Source: a bacterium (lineage in GTDB: Bacteria; Methylomirabilota; Methylomirabilia; CAVQYV01). From it: a DNA stretch of 29,765 nucleotides. A model generated the notes under the pieces. That model ran no database searches and was not told the DNA's origin. It saw only the letters and a program-made list of their open reading frames with translations. A program made the position numbers and the translations under genes. Location of the stretch: contig JAZDMQ010000037.1 of assembly GCA_043800755.1 (NCBI GenBank), positions 1 through 29,765 of the forward strand. The letters run 5' to 3'. Shown here piece by piece: positions 27,524 through 29,765 of the stretch (position 1 is its first letter; the number at the start of each line of letters is the position of its first letter).

Positions 27524-29053
27524 TTAGCTGGATTTTGTCCCTCTCACCATTCCCATCTTCTTTTCGAAGTGTCCTTTGAACTCAGAGATGGCTCGAAACA
27601 GGGCTTCACACAAGGTCTGGCGATAGGCATCATCGTTTAGCTTCCTCTCTCCCTCAGGATTGCTGATGAAGGCCACTTCCACCAGCACCGCAGGCATGGC
27701 TACGCCCATCAACACATAGAAGGGAGCGGTCTTGATTCCCCTGTTCCCTGCCTTTTGGACCTCATCCAAGCCATTCTGGATGATCTCTGCCAGACGGCTC
27801 GATTCGTTAATATATTCATTCTGGGCCATATCCCAAAGGATGACCTTGAGGTCGGCCGCGGATCGCGTATTAACACCCTCCCCCTCGATGACATTATTTT
27901 CACGGATGGCGGCTTCCCTTGCCTCGCTATCGGAGGCCTCATAGCTGAGGAAAAAGGTCTCAAAGCCTTCGGCCTTCCCGCGAAGGGAGGCGTTGGCATG
28001 GACGCTGAGGAAGAAATCCCCCTTGGCCGTATTGGCTATTGTAGCCCGCTCTCTGAGCGGGATGAAGGTGTCGTCTCTCCGGGTCATCACCACCTCCATT
28101 CCCAGGTTCTTCTCCACCAGGTCTCGCAGGCGCAATCCAATATCCAGGACCACATCCTTTTCTTTTAGGCCCGTGGGACCTACTGCGCCTGAATCCTTCC
28201 CCCCGTGACCCGGGTCAATCACCAATTTCAACGGAGACGGCTGAACGGCAGCCGTCGAGGTCTCGACCTTCTCCTCGCGGGATGGCTTGGTTTCCTCCAC
28301 TTTGTCGCCTTTATTATAGACATCGATGACCACCCGATGCGGGCTCTTGAGGGCAAAGACTTTGATCGCGCGCTGGGGATTCAAGCCAGAGAGCTCTATC
28401 TCGCTGAAGTCCGGACCCTGCCTGGCCTCGATGACCCTGATCAATCCCCCCCCTCCATCTATGATTTCCTTCTTCTTGATGGTTGGAGATAGGCACCCCT
28501 TTTGGAGCAAGAGTAATACCCGGTCTGTCTCCTCTCTCCAGGAAAAATCGAGCGGAAGAGTCAACTCCACGACCACGCGGGTATGGTCAGAATAGGAGCG
28601 GTAACGCAGGGTTCGCACAGAATAGGCACCCTCTCCTACCCTGACGCACCGGTTATCCTTGTCCCACCAGACGGCCTCTCCATATTTCTCTCGCAAAAGG
28701 AATGAGAACAGGTCAATTGGGACTACCCATCCAGACTTGAGAAGCAGCGGCGAAGCGGAAAGGGAGATGCCCTCTTCTCCTCGGACCACTTTCGGACTTC
28801 CGTCCCGCAGCAGAAAGGAAGAATCCCCTAACCAAATGCGGACTTTCATCCCGGAAAGGTCCTGGTATCTTGCCTGAAGGGCCTTGGCCATCTGATCGAG
28901 CGGGAGATATTGACGGCCCTGAAAGGCTACCACTGGAATCGCCACCCTCTTTTCTCCCACAAAGACCTCGATGGCCTCTGCAGCAAAAGATTGGGAGGCA
29001 AAAAACAGGAGGAGCAAAAAAGCCGGAGCTATTTTAGGAAATCGGCCTCGCAT
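27524..29053 (-). CDS. N-acetylmuramoyl-L-alanine amidase (Amidase_3 with AMIN-like domain)
   Basis: Signal peptide; TRVVVEL and PHRVVIDV; IDPGHGGKD, EKD, SVHAN and LVEVAFISN motifs; start reassigned to ATG 29053. Confidence 0.92.
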   Translation of the reverse strand: MRGRFPKIAPAFLLLLFFASQSFAAEAIEVFVGEKRVAIPVVAFQGRQYLPLDQMAKALQARYQDLSGMKVRIWLGDSSFLLRDGSPKVVRGEEGISLSASPLLLKSGWVVPIDLFSFLLREKYGEAVWWDKDNRCVRVGEGAYSVRTLRYRSYSDHTRVVVELTLPLDFSWREETDRVLLLLQKGCLSPTIKKKEIIDGGGGLIRVIEARQGPDFSEIELSGLNPQRAIKVFALKSPHRVVIDVYNKGDKVEETKPSREEKVETSTAAVQPSPLKLVIDPGHGGKDSGAVGPTGLKEKDVVLDIGLRLRDLVEKNLGMEVVMTRRDDTFIPLRERATIANTAKGDFFLSVHANASLRGKAEGFETFFLSYEASDSEAREAAIRENNVIEGEGVNTRSAADLKVILWDMAQNEYINESSRLAEIIQNGLDEVQKAGNRGIKTAPFYVLMGVAMPAVLVEVAFISNPEGERKLNDDAYRQTLCEALFRAISEFKGHFEKKMGMVRGTKSS

Positions 29054-29227
29054 TTCATCTTTCCGGAAAAACTCTCTCTGCCTGGTGGATGAAAGGTTTA
29101 AGCCCCCGAGTATCACAGACACCGGAGCTTGTCAAGAGAATCTTCCTTGTCGGTCGGCCACCAGAGCCTATCGCTCGCCCCGATCTGCCTCTCCTCAAAC
29201 GGCTCCGGCTGAGCCCGACAGTTGCAT

Positions 29228-29256
29228 TTGACTTTGTTGGCCAGACTCCCTATCAT
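29228..29256 (+). promoter_or_regulatory. Candidate promoter for the DUF4416-like gene
   Basis: TTGACT-17 nt-TATCAT, 21 nt before ATG 29278. Confidence 0.55.
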
Positions 29257-29277
29257 GCTAAGGGGTGGAATGACACC

Positions 29278-29643
29278 ATGGACCAAATTGAGCAATCCGC
29301 TTCGGCCAAGCTATTCATCGGGGCCATCTATGGCCACGGTTTTCCCCTGAAACAGGCGGAGGACCAACTGATCACTGCTTTTGGGCCAATTGCATCCCGA
29401 AGCCCTTTGTTTTCCTTTGATTTCACCCGGCATTACGAACCCGAGATGGGAGGCTCACTCTTGCGGAGATTCTTCATTTTCCAGACCCTAATCAAGAAGG
29501 AGGACCTTGCGTCCATCAAGCGGGCCACCATTGAACTTGAACAGCGCTCCGCCATCCTCAGAGGTGATATCGCCTGCCGGAGGGTCAATCTCGACCCGGG
29601 CTACTTGACATTGAGCCAGCTGGTATTATACATAGCGTCATAA
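29278..29643 (+). pseudogene. DUF4416-family protein truncated by an insertion
   Basis: KLFIG, HYEPEMG, IKRAT..LE and RVNLDPGYL..LVL, then an abrupt AT-rich tail; the family's C-terminal HRIYL/WTYPDY region is absent. Confidence 0.75.
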
Positions 29644-29765
29644 ATAATACATCATAATTCAATTGCATCTCACACATCCCTCTGATAGGATAAGCCTGAA
29701 GGAGGGATGCGCCATGAAACGTCTTCAGGTTGCCGATCGGGAGCTGATGGAAATCGCCCTGCGGA
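29629..29765 (+). mobile_element. Left end of a probable IS630-family insertion sequence
   Basis: Junction at a TA dinucleotide (27-28 of ...GTATTA|TACATAGCGTCATAAATAAT), composition shift, internal TTGCAT-17-TAGGAT promoter. Confidence 0.65.
29714..29765 (+). CDS. N terminus of a probable IS630-family transposase (partial)
   Basis: GGAGG RBS, then MKRLQVADRELMEIALR running off the window; family assignment from recollection of similar N termini. Confidence 0.55.
   Translation, partial: MKRLQVADRELMEIALR

Overview
GC-rich bacterial chromosomal window; gene order and tRNA set resemble Deltaproteobacteria-like lineages, but the taxon cannot be fixed from the sequence. The right third is a housekeeping block on the minus strand: amidase, GerMN protein, murI, rph, rdgB, seven tRNAs, tig, clpP, clpX. 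It is followed by a divergent DUF4416-like gene cut by the left end of a probable IS630-family element at the window edge. The left two-thirds are accessory: an envelope glycosylation cluster (PAP2, ArnT/Rgt-like, GT2; divergent CsgG-like/NHL protein plus a second ArnT), a 2-hydroxyacid dehydrogenase and DUF1537 kinase pair, a RelBE-type module with a frameshifted toxin, a CsgG-like/FGE-fold secreted protein, orphan thiM, an Nramp-like transporter and fucose-isomerase-like pair divergent from a ferritin-like gene, a nicotinamidase with a signal peptide, and small membrane proteins. The most interesting non-coding signals are a thrice-repeated promoter-like motif (TTGACAA-N11-GGGAGTAAA), a ~180-nt rod-like hairpin, a long structured leader before the Nramp-like gene, and a solitary attC-like site. 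No complete novel system could be established from sequence alone. All family assignments come from motif recognition, not database searches.
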